Source: Limnothrix sp. BL-A-16 (lineage in GTDB: Bacteria > Cyanobacteriota > Cyanobacteriia > CACIAM-69d). Taken from it: a DNA stretch of 64,000 bases. The DNA is taken from NCBI GenBank assembly GCA_041937175.2, contig CP166615.1, forward strand, positions 800,001 through 864,000, in the 5' to 3' direction. Positions 54,501 through 64,000 of the stretch are shown here, one piece after another; the stretch's first letter is position 1; each line of letters opens with the position of its first letter. The notes under the pieces are model-generated. The model ran no database searches. It was not told the DNA's origin and saw nothing but the letters and a program-made list of their open reading frames with translations. The translations under genes and the position numbers were made by a program.

Positions 54501-56932
54501 GAGGCAAGACTTCGATATAGGCTAAATATTAAGTTATAGTCATCTACCCACATCTGTTCTCCTAGCCAAGAAATACCAATTTCTAGATATTCAATAGCCG
54601 CTTGGTAAGCGGTAGATGCGATTGCCTTTTGTCCGGCTGCCAAGTTCAGCTCTGCTAGTTCTTTTCGTTTGGTTGGTTGAATAACCAGCGTCTTGCCATA
54701 ATTCAATTGACCTACCAATTCAAAGATGCGTAGATCTTTCTCTACAGGAGAAAGGCTCTTCAAAAGTAAGCTACCAATGTGGTAGTGAATGGATTGTATT
54801 TGCTCTGGTGGAATCAAAGAATAAGCTGCTTGTTGAACCCGATCATGCAAAAACTTATAGTTAAGAGTCTGAGACGGATTAGCATGATCTATCTCAGTAT
54901 CACTTAAATAAAATTTACAAACCTCGCCTTGAGGTATAACTAGACCTTCTTGCAACATTGTCCACAATGATGTTGCTACTTCTGTTTGGGATTGCTCCGA
55001 GACAATCGCCAAAGTCTGCAAATCAAACTCTGCTCCAATACAAGCTGCTAATTTGAGAATATTTTGTATTGCTGTTGGTAATTTCTGTAGCTGCAACGCT
55101 ATAAATTCCACCACATCATCCGTCAATGCAGCATCCCGCATGAGAACAATATCACACTGCCAACAGCCTACATCAGCGTCAAAAGTAATCATTTTTTCCT
55201 GATACAAAGCTCTGAGAAACTGGGCGGCAAAAAATGGATTTCCTTGGGTCTTTTGCATCACTAATTCAGTTAAAGGCTGTGCTAGTGAATCAACGCAGTG
55301 AAGCGTATCAGTAACTAACTGATTTAAGCTAATCTGATTCAAAGGTTCCAACTTAATTGTATTCACAGTTATCCCCGCTTTCCTGATCGTGTTTAACGTA
55401 GACATCAACGAATGTGCTGCAAATACTTCATTATCTCGATAGGCTCCCAACATAAGCAGATAGCCATTGTCATTCATCAATAGTTTTATCAATTGTAGTG
55501 AAGCTAAATCTGCCCACTGCAAATCATCCAAAAATATTACTAAAGGATGCTCTGGAGTTGTGAAAACTCGAATGAATCTCTGGAATAGTAAATTAAACCG
55601 ATTCTGAGCTGCAATCCCTGATAATTCAGTTGTTGCAGGTTGCTGCCCAATAATTCGTTCGAGTTCAGGAATTACCTCAACAATCACCTGACCACTATCT
55701 CCCAAGGCTGTCAAAATCTTATGCTTCCAGAGTTGCAACTGAGAATCACTTTCACTCAACAACTGTGCCATTAAACTGCGAAAGGCTTGAACAAAGGCGC
55801 TGAAGGGAATGTTTCGGTTGAATTGATCAAACTTGCCTTTGAGGAAATAGCCTTTCCGCTGAGTGATTGGTTTATGGACTTCATTCACAACAGCAGTTTT
55901 ACCGATGCCGGAAAATCCTGCTACGAGCATTAATTCTGATGCGCCTTGGGAGACTCGCTCAAAGGAGCTGAGAAGGATCTGAACTTCTGTTTCGCGACCG
56001 TAGAGCTTTTCAGGAATTAAGAAGCGATCACTCAGATCTCGTTGTCCCAATTCAAACTCAGTAATTGTGTCTGTTGCTTCCCACTGGCTTAAGCATTGCT
56101 GCAAATCATGCTGAAGACCCAGAGCACTTTGGTATCGATCCTCAGCATTTTTAGCCATCAGTTTTGCCACAATCGCCCCTATGATCTTGGGCACTGACAT
56201 ATTCACCTGATCCACAGGCTGCGCTGTCTTAGCAATATGACAATGCAGCAACTCCAAGGGATCATCGGATTCAAAAGGTAATTGCCCAGTTAATAGTTGG
56301 TAGAGCGTCACCCCCAGAGCATAGTAATCGGCACGATAATCAATGCCCCGATTCATGCGCCCAGTTTGCTCAGGAGCCAGGTAGGTTAACGTTCCTTCCA
56401 GGATATTTGGATTCTGAATTTCTTGATTTTCTTTAGGTAGTAAAGAAGCGATGCTGAAATCAATTAATTTAACCTCTTTTGATTCAGGATTAATTAGAAT
56501 ATTGGCAGGCTTAATATCCTTATGAATGACGCGCTGTTGATGCAGATCGTGCAGAATTGTAGCTAGCTGTAGGGCAATCTTGAGCACTTCGACCCAATTG
56601 AGCGTGTGCTGCTGTAGGTATTGACTCAGGGATAATCCTCCCCAATCTTCCATCACTAGAGCATATCCATTACCCAAAGTTTGAAGGCTCAGGGGATGGA
56701 TAATTCCTGGTAAATTGAGGTTTTTGGCGATCTCGTATTGATTCCGAAACTGCACCAATTCGCTGAAGGTGGGATAGTCCGACAGCAGTACTTTAACTAC
56801 CACCGATCTCTGGTCAGCGTTCTGTATTCCTCGATAGACGGCTGTTTTTGACCCTCGATAGAGCTGCTCAGTGAGCGTATAACCAACAATTGCAGGCCCT
56901 GACTGGGATGAAGAGCTAGTGAGGGGTGACAT
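51524..56932 (-). CDS. Ser/Thr kinase - AAA ATPase - GAF - histidine kinase (HstK-like), 1802 aa
   Basis: HKDIKPANIL, DFSIAS; Walker A GFSGIGKT, Walker B IFLDDLQW; GAF SVLCLPI...LYLEN; H-box AHEINNP; GKGTGLGL. Confidence 0.93.
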   Translation of the reverse strand: MSPLTSSSSQSGPAIVGYTLTEQLYRGSKTAVYRGIQNADQRSVVVKVLLSDYPTFSELVQFRNQYEIAKNLNLPGIIHPLSLQTLGNGYALVMEDWGGLSLSQYLQQHTLNWVEVLKIALQLATILHDLHQQRVIHKDIKPANILINPESKEVKLIDFSIASLLPKENQEIQNPNILEGTLTYLAPEQTGRMNRGIDYRADYYALGVTLYQLLTGQLPFESDDPLELLHCHIAKTAQPVDQVNMSVPKIIGAIVAKLMAKNAEDRYQSALGLQHDLQQCLSQWEATDTITEFELGQRDLSDRFLIPEKLYGRETEVQILLSSFERVSQGASELMLVAGFSGIGKTAVVNEVHKPITQRKGYFLKGKFDQFNRNIPFSAFVQAFRSLMAQLLSESDSQLQLWKHKILTALGDSGQVIVEVIPELERIIGQQPATTELSGIAAQNRFNLLFQRFIRVFTTPEHPLVIFLDDLQWADLASLQLIKLLMNDNGYLLMLGAYRDNEVFAAHSLMSTLNTIRKAGITVNTIKLEPLNQISLNQLVTDTLHCVDSLAQPLTELVMQKTQGNPFFAAQFLRALYQEKMITFDADVGCWQCDIVLMRDAALTDDVVEFIALQLQKLPTAIQNILKLAACIGAEFDLQTLAIVSEQSQTEVATSLWTMLQEGLVIPQGEVCKFYLSDTEIDHANPSQTLNYKFLHDRVQQAAYSLIPPEQIQSIHYHIGSLLLKSLSPVEKDLRIFELVGQLNYGKTLVIQPTKRKELAELNLAAGQKAIASTAYQAAIEYLEIGISWLGEQMWVDDYNLIFSLYRSLASAYLSNNNYENLSSIITIALDHIFTPIDRAEFYLFEIIKYTLQGDFEQAIKTGLHGLSDLEIEIIQNENTIKLIRQELADTANALGDRPIISLLNLPSMNNVRIQTAMKLLMALDAPAYISANFELYELIALRAVRFSMEYGNLAESIKAYANYGLILSLTEGQYQQGYEFADLAMQLSYKLNSPSQRCKATFLLGFWIQAWAKPLIGAANLNYEGFLAGMVAGENQFAAYNLFGEVYNQLFQGENLAIILEKIETYELVAKHTQDELLRVALAGARSFIMHLGVKQNTQTLDQEILEVEKIVQDGAASQAWLSVCLSYVLKIHLCCLKGDFQQGYDQLVETEKRMSAIGGATTSSGYYYYGSLILLNLYLNLSKKNKRNASDQIQSNQSRLRNWSNSCPENFLHKYLLVEAERYRVFGKRYEAADYYDRAIAEAKANEYIQEEGLANELAAKFYLSWDKDKVAAGYMQEAYYCYAKWGAKAKTDDLETCYPHLLRPILQAATQPFNILESFATIAAPNLSLHSSTAPNFSSSSSVNAVLDFATILRASQNLAGTIQIDELLHQLTQIILQNSGGDRCALTLPNSSGEWSVVAIATLETTELYADSLKNNTTVPIQLIQYVKNIQETVVINDGKTDLPVLDEYLSQQRPKSVLCLPILNQAKLMGILYLENRSTSQVFTSDRLLILNFLCTQAAISLENARLYSQVQQTLTDLQNAQLQMVQSEKMASLGNLVAGVAHEINNPIGFLNGSINNGKEHVQDLLEHLALYQQHYPSPTSPIQDHAEDIDLEYVCEDLPQLLNSMQGATDRIKSISTSLRTFSRADTEYKVSANLHEGIDSTLLILKYRLKANANRPAIEVITNYGEIPPIDCFPGQLNQVFMNILANAIDMFDELAQGRSFKELEANPQQITISTTLVDDRVQITIQDNGKGMSAEVQSRIFDHLFTTKSVGKGTGLGLAIAQQIVVDKHSGSLTVESEPGQGAEFRIQLPIEG

Positions 56933-57034
56933 GATTATGGTTAAGGAGAAATCCTACTTTTCAGTATAAGGCTTTCTCCTGGTAATTCGACAACTTTGCA
57001 GTGGTTAGCATCACATCATCAAATGCAATCCACT

Positions 57035-60000
57035 TTAAAAGACAGCCGATGACTTAATCGGTAATTGAATCCGGAATTCAGCGCCTTGTCCTGACTCCGA
57101 CTCAACGGTCAGGCTGCCGCTGTGTTTATCGACGATGATTTGTTGGGCGATCGCTAGACCCAATCCTGTGCCTTTGCCTACGGATTTTGTGGTGAACAAG
57201 TGGTCAAAGATCCTGGATTGTACCTCTGCATTCATCCCTTTGCCGTTATCTCGAATAGCAATTTGTACCCGATCGTCAACTAGCGTTGTGCTGATCGTGA
57301 TCTGTTGAGGATTTGCTTCTAATTCCTTGAACGATCGCCCCTGGGCCGTCTCATCAAACATATCGATCGCATTAGCCAGGATATTCATAAACACCTGATT
57401 AAGCTGTCCCGGGAAGCAATCGATCTGTGGTATTTCGCCATAGTTGGTGATCACCTCGATCGCGGGTCGGTTCGCATTCGCCTTGAGCCGATATTTCAAG
57501 ATTAATAGAGTGCTATCAATCCCTTCATGCAGATTTGCGCTGACCTTATATTCCGTATCGGCACGGGAGAAAGTCCGCAAACTTGTACTAATCGATTTAA
57601 TGCGATCGGTTGCCCCTTGCATGGAATTCAAGAGTTGGGGTAAATCTTCACAGACATATTCCAAATCAATATCTTCAGCGTGATCTTGAATCGGAGAAGT
57701 AGGACTAGGATAATGCTGTTGATATAGAGCTAAATGTTCAAGCAAGTCCTGTACGTGCTCTTTGCCATTATTGATGCTGCCATTCAGAAAGCCGATCGGG
57801 TTGTTAATTTCATGGGCAACCCCTGCCACTAGGTTTCCTAGCGATGCCATCTTCTCGCTCTGCACCATCTGTAACTGAGCATTTTTTAGCTCTTGCAACG
57901 TACGTTCTAGATCTTCAGACTTTTGTTGAATTACAGCTTCAGCCAAAATTCGATCGCTAACATCTTGAATCATTGAAAAGATGCCAATAGCCTTTCCTTT
58001 AGCATCTACCAAAGGTGTATTAATCCATTCACACGTGATGATCGTTCCATCTTTCCGAATGTTCTGATTTAAACTATGGAACCCACCCCTTTGTTCTAGC
58101 AATGCTGTCATGACTTCAGCCACAAGGGGTCTATCCGATTCTGGAACAATCTGAGTTGCGTGGTGATCCAGCATTTCTTCTGCAAGATAACCAAATATTC
58201 TTTCAGCGGATGGATTCCAACTTGCCACCTTAAATTGGTCATTCCATTCAATAATGCCAATAGGTGTTTGTTGAATAAGAAATGTTAGCCTCTCTTGAAA
58301 GTCCCTCAGCGAAGCCTCTGTCGCTTCGCGCTCCTGTGATGCAGCTTTTTGTTCACTGATATCCAACAAAAGCCCATCCCAAACCAACGTTCCATCTGCC
58401 AGTTTTTTAATTCGTGATTCTCCATGAATCCACTTAACTGTTCCAGAAGGGGTAATAATCCTCCCTTCCCACCGCCAAGGCTTTAAGGCTTGAGCTGAAT
58501 CAGCAATCGTTTGACGATACAGCTCAGCATCCTCTGGATGTGTCATGTTCATGAGAATGCGTACGTCGGCGATCGCTCGTTCAGCCGTAACTTCATACAG
58601 GTCGTAACAAGCGTTGCTGATATACGGCATTGATACTGAGCCATCGGTTTTCATGAGGAACTGATACACCACCCCCGGAACGTTATCCACTAGATGATGA
58701 AAGCGGGATTGGGTATTGTCCAACTCATGGAGAGATTGCTCTAGCTGTTGACTGTATTTCTGAGACTGTTGATAAAGTCGCGCATTTTCCAGAGAAATTG
58801 CCGCTTGGGTGCAAAGGAAGTTAAGCACTGCAATGCGATCGCTCGTAAATACGCCGCTAGTGGAGTGATTTTCCAAATGCAAAATAGCTCGTAGTTTTCC
58901 TTGATTGAGAATCGGCAGACATAAGACACTCTTCGGCTGATGCTGCTTCAGGTAATCACCAATCACTGGAAGATCAGTTTTGAGATCATCAACCATCACC
59001 GTCGTCGCAGTATTCTTTACGTATTGAATGAGCTTCACAGGAACCGTTAAATTATTGTCTAGCGGTGCAGAGTGCAAAGTTACTCGCTCTAGGTCTGCTA
59101 TTACCCGTACCTGCCATTGATTCTCTTCGCAGAGCACCAAAGCACATCGGTCTGCTCCAGAGTTCTCAAGCATCGTCTGAGCCAGCATTTGTAGGAGTTC
59201 ATCCAGGGCGATCGTGCTAGCAAAGGTCTGAGCAATTTGCAACAGAGTAGACAGATCCAGAGTCTGGTTAATGTTGCTGGAGGAATGTGTGCGAGGCGTG
59301 GAATGAATTGAATAAGCAGGAGTAGCAAGACTTGAGAAGGTGTCTAAGATAGTCAAGCGTTGGCTGGTTGCTTGCAAAACGGGTTGCAATAATTGAGGAT
59401 AGCGTTCTTCTAAATCTATAACTTTAGCTTTTGCGCCCCAGCGAGAATAGCAGTAATAGGCTTCTTGCATATGGATCGCAGCAACTTTGTCCTTACCCCA
59501 ATCAAGATAAAACTTAGCAGCAAGTTCATTGGCGAGAGCTTCTTCTTGGAGGTATCTATTTTCCTTAGCTCCAATAATGGCAAGATCGTAATATTCTATT
59601 GCTTTATAGGATTCGCCCAATATCCGACGATATTCAGCCTCCATTAAATAAAATTTATGCTGATAATTACTGGGAGCATGAATTGCCCACTGCTGCATAC
59701 TCATTTTCCTCTTGTCTAGTATTTGCAACATACTAGATTGATCAGAACTATCCAAGTCAAAGTAGGATGCAACCTTGGCTAGATAATCATAAAATGTAAA
59801 TATCGATAGCGCGATATTACCTGTAACAGTATCTAGATACTTTTCTGCATGTTGCAAAGCTTCTTGTGATTCAGCAATATACCCCATCAAGAAAAATAAG
59901 CTACCGTGATTTAGGAGTGCGTGAAATAATCCGTGAAAGTCTTGTTGTTGACTGAGATGTTCCAAAGTATTAGCCCGATCAGATTGGGCATCTGAAGTAT

Positions 60001-63000
60001 TAGCATGTTTTTCCTGTAGTAATGACAGAATCGACTCCAAGTAAAATTGAGTCCAATTCATGGCCGAGTCTTGGTTCAAGCTTCTCAATATTTCAATACC
60101 ATCAGCCAACTGTTGCTTGAGTGAACTTAAATTGATTCCAGAAAAATAAGAGCAAAATGAATAATGAAACATTGCGTACCCGGAGAACTCAAGTTCACCT
60201 TGCTCAATTCCCCACTGGTGTACGTTCTTCAGCAATGCAACTACATCATCAATATGATCTCTCCAAACATTAATGAATACACTGACACAAAACATGGTTC
60301 TAACTTGAATCTTACGATCATTAAATTGCTCAGCTAAGATTGTTGCAAGATGCCCAAATTGATATCCATTTTCTATTTTATTTTTGTCACAAAGCAAGAG
60401 TCCATAGCAAGCATAGCCAAATGATGAAAAAGCAGTATTTCCATAGTCCAAAGATAAATCAATTAACTTAAAGACCATTATCTGAAATAATGGTGCGTTA
60501 ATTTGATAAATTGTAGGAACAGCGCATTGAAGAATTTGAACCACAGCCAACCATTTCTTGTCTGTCATTCTTGGCAGTTGACTGAGAGCTTCAATCGAGT
60601 TATTCACCAGACGAAATATCTTAGTCTGTAGCTCTGTGAAGCTTTGGTCTACTGCTTCTGGGCTAGGTTTTTCTGGACAGTTAACTTTTAACTTTCCAAG
60701 CACTTGTAACGCAAGGTTGACAACTTCTTGCTGCTTGGTTTGGGCAGTATATGCTTGAATTTTTGTCTGATAAGCATCAATTTGGTCTAGTACACTGGTA
60801 GTTTGATCTAGTAGAACAGATAACCACTGTTCCATCAATATAAAATCCCCCGAAAGGTAAGCCGTTTCTCCGGCGAGGTTATATAAATCAAGAGCCAGGT
60901 TATATTGAGAAATCCAAATATTTGGAGGTAGTAGAGAAATAGAAATTTTGAGATAGCCAAGTGCTGCATCATAGGCGATGGAGTTCTTTGCTTTCCGGCC
61001 GGCCAGAATATCCAAGCGAATGAGGTTCATCCTATCTGGTTCACTGGCCAAGATCAGATCCAGAGCCTGATTCCAGTGATTCACAATATCGAAAATGCTA
61101 TACTCCAATGCCTCAACGCTTGTGCTTTCTAATAGCAATCGACCAATGCTTAAATGAGTTGACTGTTTTTGATCCCTGGGAATCAAAGAATAAGCCGCTT
61201 GCTGAACCCGATCGTGCAGAAACCGATAGGCTGGATTGGCATGATTTTGAGATTCAAGCTGCTCAACTTCCTCAGATTGAAAAAATTTGTAAATCTGCGT
61301 AATTGGGACGATCAAGCCTTCCTGCAAAGCTCTCCACAGGCAAGTGGCCGCTTCCGTTTGAGATTGCTCTGCCACGATCGCCAAAGTCGATAGATCAAAT
61401 TGCGCACCAATACAGGCCGCTAATTTCAAGATCTCCTGCGTTGCTGTCGGCAGCTTCTGCAACTGCAACGCCATAAACTCCACCACATCATCCGTGAGCG
61501 CCAGGGCATTGACCTGGGCAATGTCACATTGCCAATAGCCTTGGTCTCGGTCAAAGATGATGTACCCATCTTCGTGAAGAGCCTTCAGGAATTGGGTCGT
61601 AAAAAAAGGATTCCCTTGGGTTTTACGATCAACTAATTGCGTCAGCGGCTTCGACAATTCTTGATCGCACTTCAAGGTATCCGCTACTAAACAATTGGTA
61701 TGCTCTAGGCTCAAGGGCAACAAAGTAATCGTATTAACGGTCAAGTTCGCTTTTTCCAATTCCCCGATCGTCAACATCAGGGGATGAACCGGCGAAACTT
61801 CGTTATCTCGATAAGCACCCAACATCAGTAGATAACCACTACTTTCCATGAGCACTTTCAACAATTGCAGCGAAGCAGAATCAGACCACTGCAAGTCATC
61901 TAGAAAAATGACTAACGGATGGTCAATGGTCGTAAAAACCTGAATAAACTTCTGAAATAGCAAGTTAAATCGATTCTGGGCTGCGGTTCCTGAAAGCTCC
62001 GGAGCTGCGGGCTGCTGACCAATGACCTGCTCTAGCTCTGGAATCACCTCAATTAAGACCTGGCCATTTTCGCCAACAGCCTTGAGAATTTGAGCCTTCC
62101 ACTCTGCTAGCTGACCATCAGATTCTGAGAGCAGTTGCCCCATCAGATCCCGCAAAGCTTGCACGAACGCCGAAAGAGGAATGTTGCGATTGAATTGGTC
62201 AAACTTCCCCTTAATGAAATAGCCCTTTTGCTGAGTGATTGGTTTATGAACTTCATTCACAACAGCCGTTTTACCAATTCCCGAAAAGCCCGCCACCAGC
62301 ATCAGCTCTGATGCCCCTTGGGAGACTCGCTCAAAGGAATTGAGCAAGATCTGTACTTCACCCTCACGACCGTAGAGCTTTTCAGGGATTAAGAAGCGAT
62401 CGCTCAGATCTCGCTGTCCCAACTCAAACTCAGTAACTGTGCCTGTTGCTTCCCATTGGCTTAAGCATTGCTGCAAATCATGCTGCAGACCCAGAGCACT
62501 TTGATATCGATCCTCAGCGTTTTTAGCCATCAGTTTTGCCACGATCGCCCCTACGATCTTGGGCACTGATGAATTCACCTGATCCACGGGTTGTGCTGTT
62601 TTAGCAATATGACAATGCAACAACTCCAAGGGATCATTGGAAATGAAGGGCAGCGTATTGGCTATAGTTAGTAATTGATAGAGAGTGATTCCTAGGGAGT
62701 AGTAATCAGCTCGATAGTCAATGCCCCGATTCATGCGCCCGGTTTGCTCAGGAGCCAGGTAAGCTAAAGTTCCCTCTAAGATGTTTGGATTCTGAATCTC
62801 TTGAGTTTCTTTAGGCAACAAAGAAGCAATGCTGAAATCGATTAATTTAATCTCCTGCGATTCAGGATTAATTAGAATATTGGCAGGTTTAATATCTTTA
62901 TGAATAACACGCTGCTGATGTAGATCGTGCAAAATAGTGGTCAGTTGCAGAGCAATCTTGAGCACTTCGACCCAATTGAGTGTGTGCTGCTGTAGGTATT

Positions 63001-63310
63001 GACTCAGGGACAATCCTCCCCAATCTTCCATCACAAGCACATAGCCGTTCCCCAAGGACTGAAGATTCAGGGGGTGAATGATGCCGGGTAAATTGAGGTT
63101 TTTGGCGATCGCGTATTGATTCCGAAACTGCACCAGTTCGCCAAAGGTGGGATAGTCCGACAGCAGGATTTTCAACACCACCGATCGCTGATCCGCATCC
63201 TGGATAGCTCGGTAGACAGCCGTTCGCGATCCCCAATAAAGTTGCTCCGTGATTGTGTAGCCAGCAATTGCAGGCAATGGCCGGGATGAAGAGCTGGTGA
63301 GGAGGGACAT
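57035..63310 (-). CDS. Ser/Thr kinase - AAA ATPase - GAF - 2x PAS - histidine kinase, 2091 aa
   Basis: Same motifs plus PAS/PAC (DNVPGVVYQ...WDGLLLDISEQK; WNPSAERIFGY...QDVSDR). Confidence 0.93.
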   Translation of the reverse strand: MSLLTSSSSRPLPAIAGYTITEQLYWGSRTAVYRAIQDADQRSVVLKILLSDYPTFGELVQFRNQYAIAKNLNLPGIIHPLNLQSLGNGYVLVMEDWGGLSLSQYLQQHTLNWVEVLKIALQLTTILHDLHQQRVIHKDIKPANILINPESQEIKLIDFSIASLLPKETQEIQNPNILEGTLAYLAPEQTGRMNRGIDYRADYYSLGITLYQLLTIANTLPFISNDPLELLHCHIAKTAQPVDQVNSSVPKIVGAIVAKLMAKNAEDRYQSALGLQHDLQQCLSQWEATGTVTEFELGQRDLSDRFLIPEKLYGREGEVQILLNSFERVSQGASELMLVAGFSGIGKTAVVNEVHKPITQQKGYFIKGKFDQFNRNIPLSAFVQALRDLMGQLLSESDGQLAEWKAQILKAVGENGQVLIEVIPELEQVIGQQPAAPELSGTAAQNRFNLLFQKFIQVFTTIDHPLVIFLDDLQWSDSASLQLLKVLMESSGYLLMLGAYRDNEVSPVHPLMLTIGELEKANLTVNTITLLPLSLEHTNCLVADTLKCDQELSKPLTQLVDRKTQGNPFFTTQFLKALHEDGYIIFDRDQGYWQCDIAQVNALALTDDVVEFMALQLQKLPTATQEILKLAACIGAQFDLSTLAIVAEQSQTEAATCLWRALQEGLIVPITQIYKFFQSEEVEQLESQNHANPAYRFLHDRVQQAAYSLIPRDQKQSTHLSIGRLLLESTSVEALEYSIFDIVNHWNQALDLILASEPDRMNLIRLDILAGRKAKNSIAYDAALGYLKISISLLPPNIWISQYNLALDLYNLAGETAYLSGDFILMEQWLSVLLDQTTSVLDQIDAYQTKIQAYTAQTKQQEVVNLALQVLGKLKVNCPEKPSPEAVDQSFTELQTKIFRLVNNSIEALSQLPRMTDKKWLAVVQILQCAVPTIYQINAPLFQIMVFKLIDLSLDYGNTAFSSFGYACYGLLLCDKNKIENGYQFGHLATILAEQFNDRKIQVRTMFCVSVFINVWRDHIDDVVALLKNVHQWGIEQGELEFSGYAMFHYSFCSYFSGINLSSLKQQLADGIEILRSLNQDSAMNWTQFYLESILSLLQEKHANTSDAQSDRANTLEHLSQQQDFHGLFHALLNHGSLFFLMGYIAESQEALQHAEKYLDTVTGNIALSIFTFYDYLAKVASYFDLDSSDQSSMLQILDKRKMSMQQWAIHAPSNYQHKFYLMEAEYRRILGESYKAIEYYDLAIIGAKENRYLQEEALANELAAKFYLDWGKDKVAAIHMQEAYYCYSRWGAKAKVIDLEERYPQLLQPVLQATSQRLTILDTFSSLATPAYSIHSTPRTHSSSNINQTLDLSTLLQIAQTFASTIALDELLQMLAQTMLENSGADRCALVLCEENQWQVRVIADLERVTLHSAPLDNNLTVPVKLIQYVKNTATTVMVDDLKTDLPVIGDYLKQHQPKSVLCLPILNQGKLRAILHLENHSTSGVFTSDRIAVLNFLCTQAAISLENARLYQQSQKYSQQLEQSLHELDNTQSRFHHLVDNVPGVVYQFLMKTDGSVSMPYISNACYDLYEVTAERAIADVRILMNMTHPEDAELYRQTIADSAQALKPWRWEGRIITPSGTVKWIHGESRIKKLADGTLVWDGLLLDISEQKAASQEREATEASLRDFQERLTFLIQQTPIGIIEWNDQFKVASWNPSAERIFGYLAEEMLDHHATQIVPESDRPLVAEVMTALLEQRGGFHSLNQNIRKDGTIITCEWINTPLVDAKGKAIGIFSMIQDVSDRILAEAVIQQKSEDLERTLQELKNAQLQMVQSEKMASLGNLVAGVAHEINNPIGFLNGSINNGKEHVQDLLEHLALYQQHYPSPTSPIQDHAEDIDLEYVCEDLPQLLNSMQGATDRIKSISTSLRTFSRADTEYKVSANLHEGIDSTLLILKYRLKANANRPAIEVITNYGEIPQIDCFPGQLNQVFMNILANAIDMFDETAQGRSFKELEANPQQITISTTLVDDRVQIAIRDNGKGMNAEVQSRIFDHLFTTKSVGKGTGLGLAIAQQIIVDKHSGSLTVESESGQGAEFRIQLPIKSSAVF

Positions 63311-63461
63311 GAGTGTGGTTAAGAAGAAAACCTACTTTTCAGTATAAGGCTCCCTCCCATTGATGCGGCAACTTCAGAGTGCTCAATATCACACTAAATG
63401 CAAGATTGGTTTATATGCTTTATATTTTGTATCGATAAAAATTCCCCTGCTTCAAAAAAGT

Positions 63462-64000
63462 CTATGACTTAATTGGCAATTGAATCCGAAATTCAGCACC
63501 TTGTCCTGGCTCCGACTCAACGGTCAGACTGCCGCTGTGTTTATCAACGACGATTTGTTGGGCGATCGCTAGACCCAATCCTGTGCCTTTGCCTACGGAT
63601 TTTGTCGTGAACAAATGGTCAAAGATCCTGGATTGCACTTCAGCACTCATCCCTTTGCCATTATCTCGAATTGAGACCTGCACTTGCTGATCAATCAGAG
63701 TCGTGCTGATCATGATTTGTTGAGGATTGGCTTCTAATTCCTTGAACGATCGCCCCTGGGCCGTCTCATCAAACATATCGATCGCATTAGCCAGGATATT
63801 CATAAACACCTGATTAAGCTGTCCCGGAAAACAATCGATCTGTGGTATTTCGCCATAGTTGGTAATCACCTCGATCGCGGGTCGGTTCGCATTCGCTTTG
63901 AGCCGATATTTCAAGATTAGTAGAGTGCTATCAATCCCTTCATGCAGATTTGCGCTGACTTTATATTCCGTATCGGCACGGGAGAAAGTCCGCAAGCTGG
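63462..64000 (-). CDS. 3' end (HATPase_c) of a third paralog; 5' part outside the window
   Basis: Near-identical to the C-termini of the two preceding genes (QLNQVFMNILANAID, DNGKGM, FTTKSVGKGTGLGL). Confidence 0.9.
   Translation of the reverse strand, partial: SLRTFSRADTEYKVSANLHEGIDSTLLILKYRLKANANRPAIEVITNYGEIPQIDCFPGQLNQVFMNILANAIDMFDETAQGRSFKELEANPQQIMISTTLIDQQVQVSIRDNGKGMSAEVQSRIFDHLFTTKSVGKGTGLGLAIAQQIVVDKHSGSLTVESEPGQGAEFRIQLPIKS

Overview
Cyanobacterial chromosomal window: very dense HIP1 (GCGATCGC) sites, pipX-pipY-sepF-proC, cphB, crtP-crtB and class II fbaA. The genus cannot be fixed from sequence alone. Most of the window is housekeeping DNA (rpiA, cphB, fbaA, panD, dusB, thiC with a TPP riboswitch, proC, sepF, pipY, pipX, acpS, tlyA, leuB, plsY, crtP, crtB, tRNA-Lys, tRNA-Glu). 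Three accessory blocks interrupt it. (1) An LRR-gene array at 21.9-26.9 kb, with conserved REP-related spacers, the scar of a deleted unit, and two 18-repeat paralogs whose middle repeats vary mainly at predicted ligand-facing positions. (2) An islet at 41.4-47.5 kb with a thioredoxin-RTX fusion, a 70-aa putative secreted peptide, a GST, and a three-gene unit whose two vWA/MIDAS paralogs both end in PFCCCQA(F/Y)VE. (3) A tandem array of at least three giant Ser/Thr kinase-AAA ATPase-GAF-(PAS)-His kinase genes from 51.5 kb to the window end, with near-identical ends and divergent middles. Intergenic DNA holds three families of small non-autonomous elements that share the palindrome CAAGGGGCTTAAGCCCCTTG, including one element nested in the centre of that palindrome inside another. 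GTAG-type REP doublets and two apparent frameshifts are also present. No CRISPR array, rRNA, transposase or reverse transcriptase was found. Functional calls come from motif recognition, not database searches.
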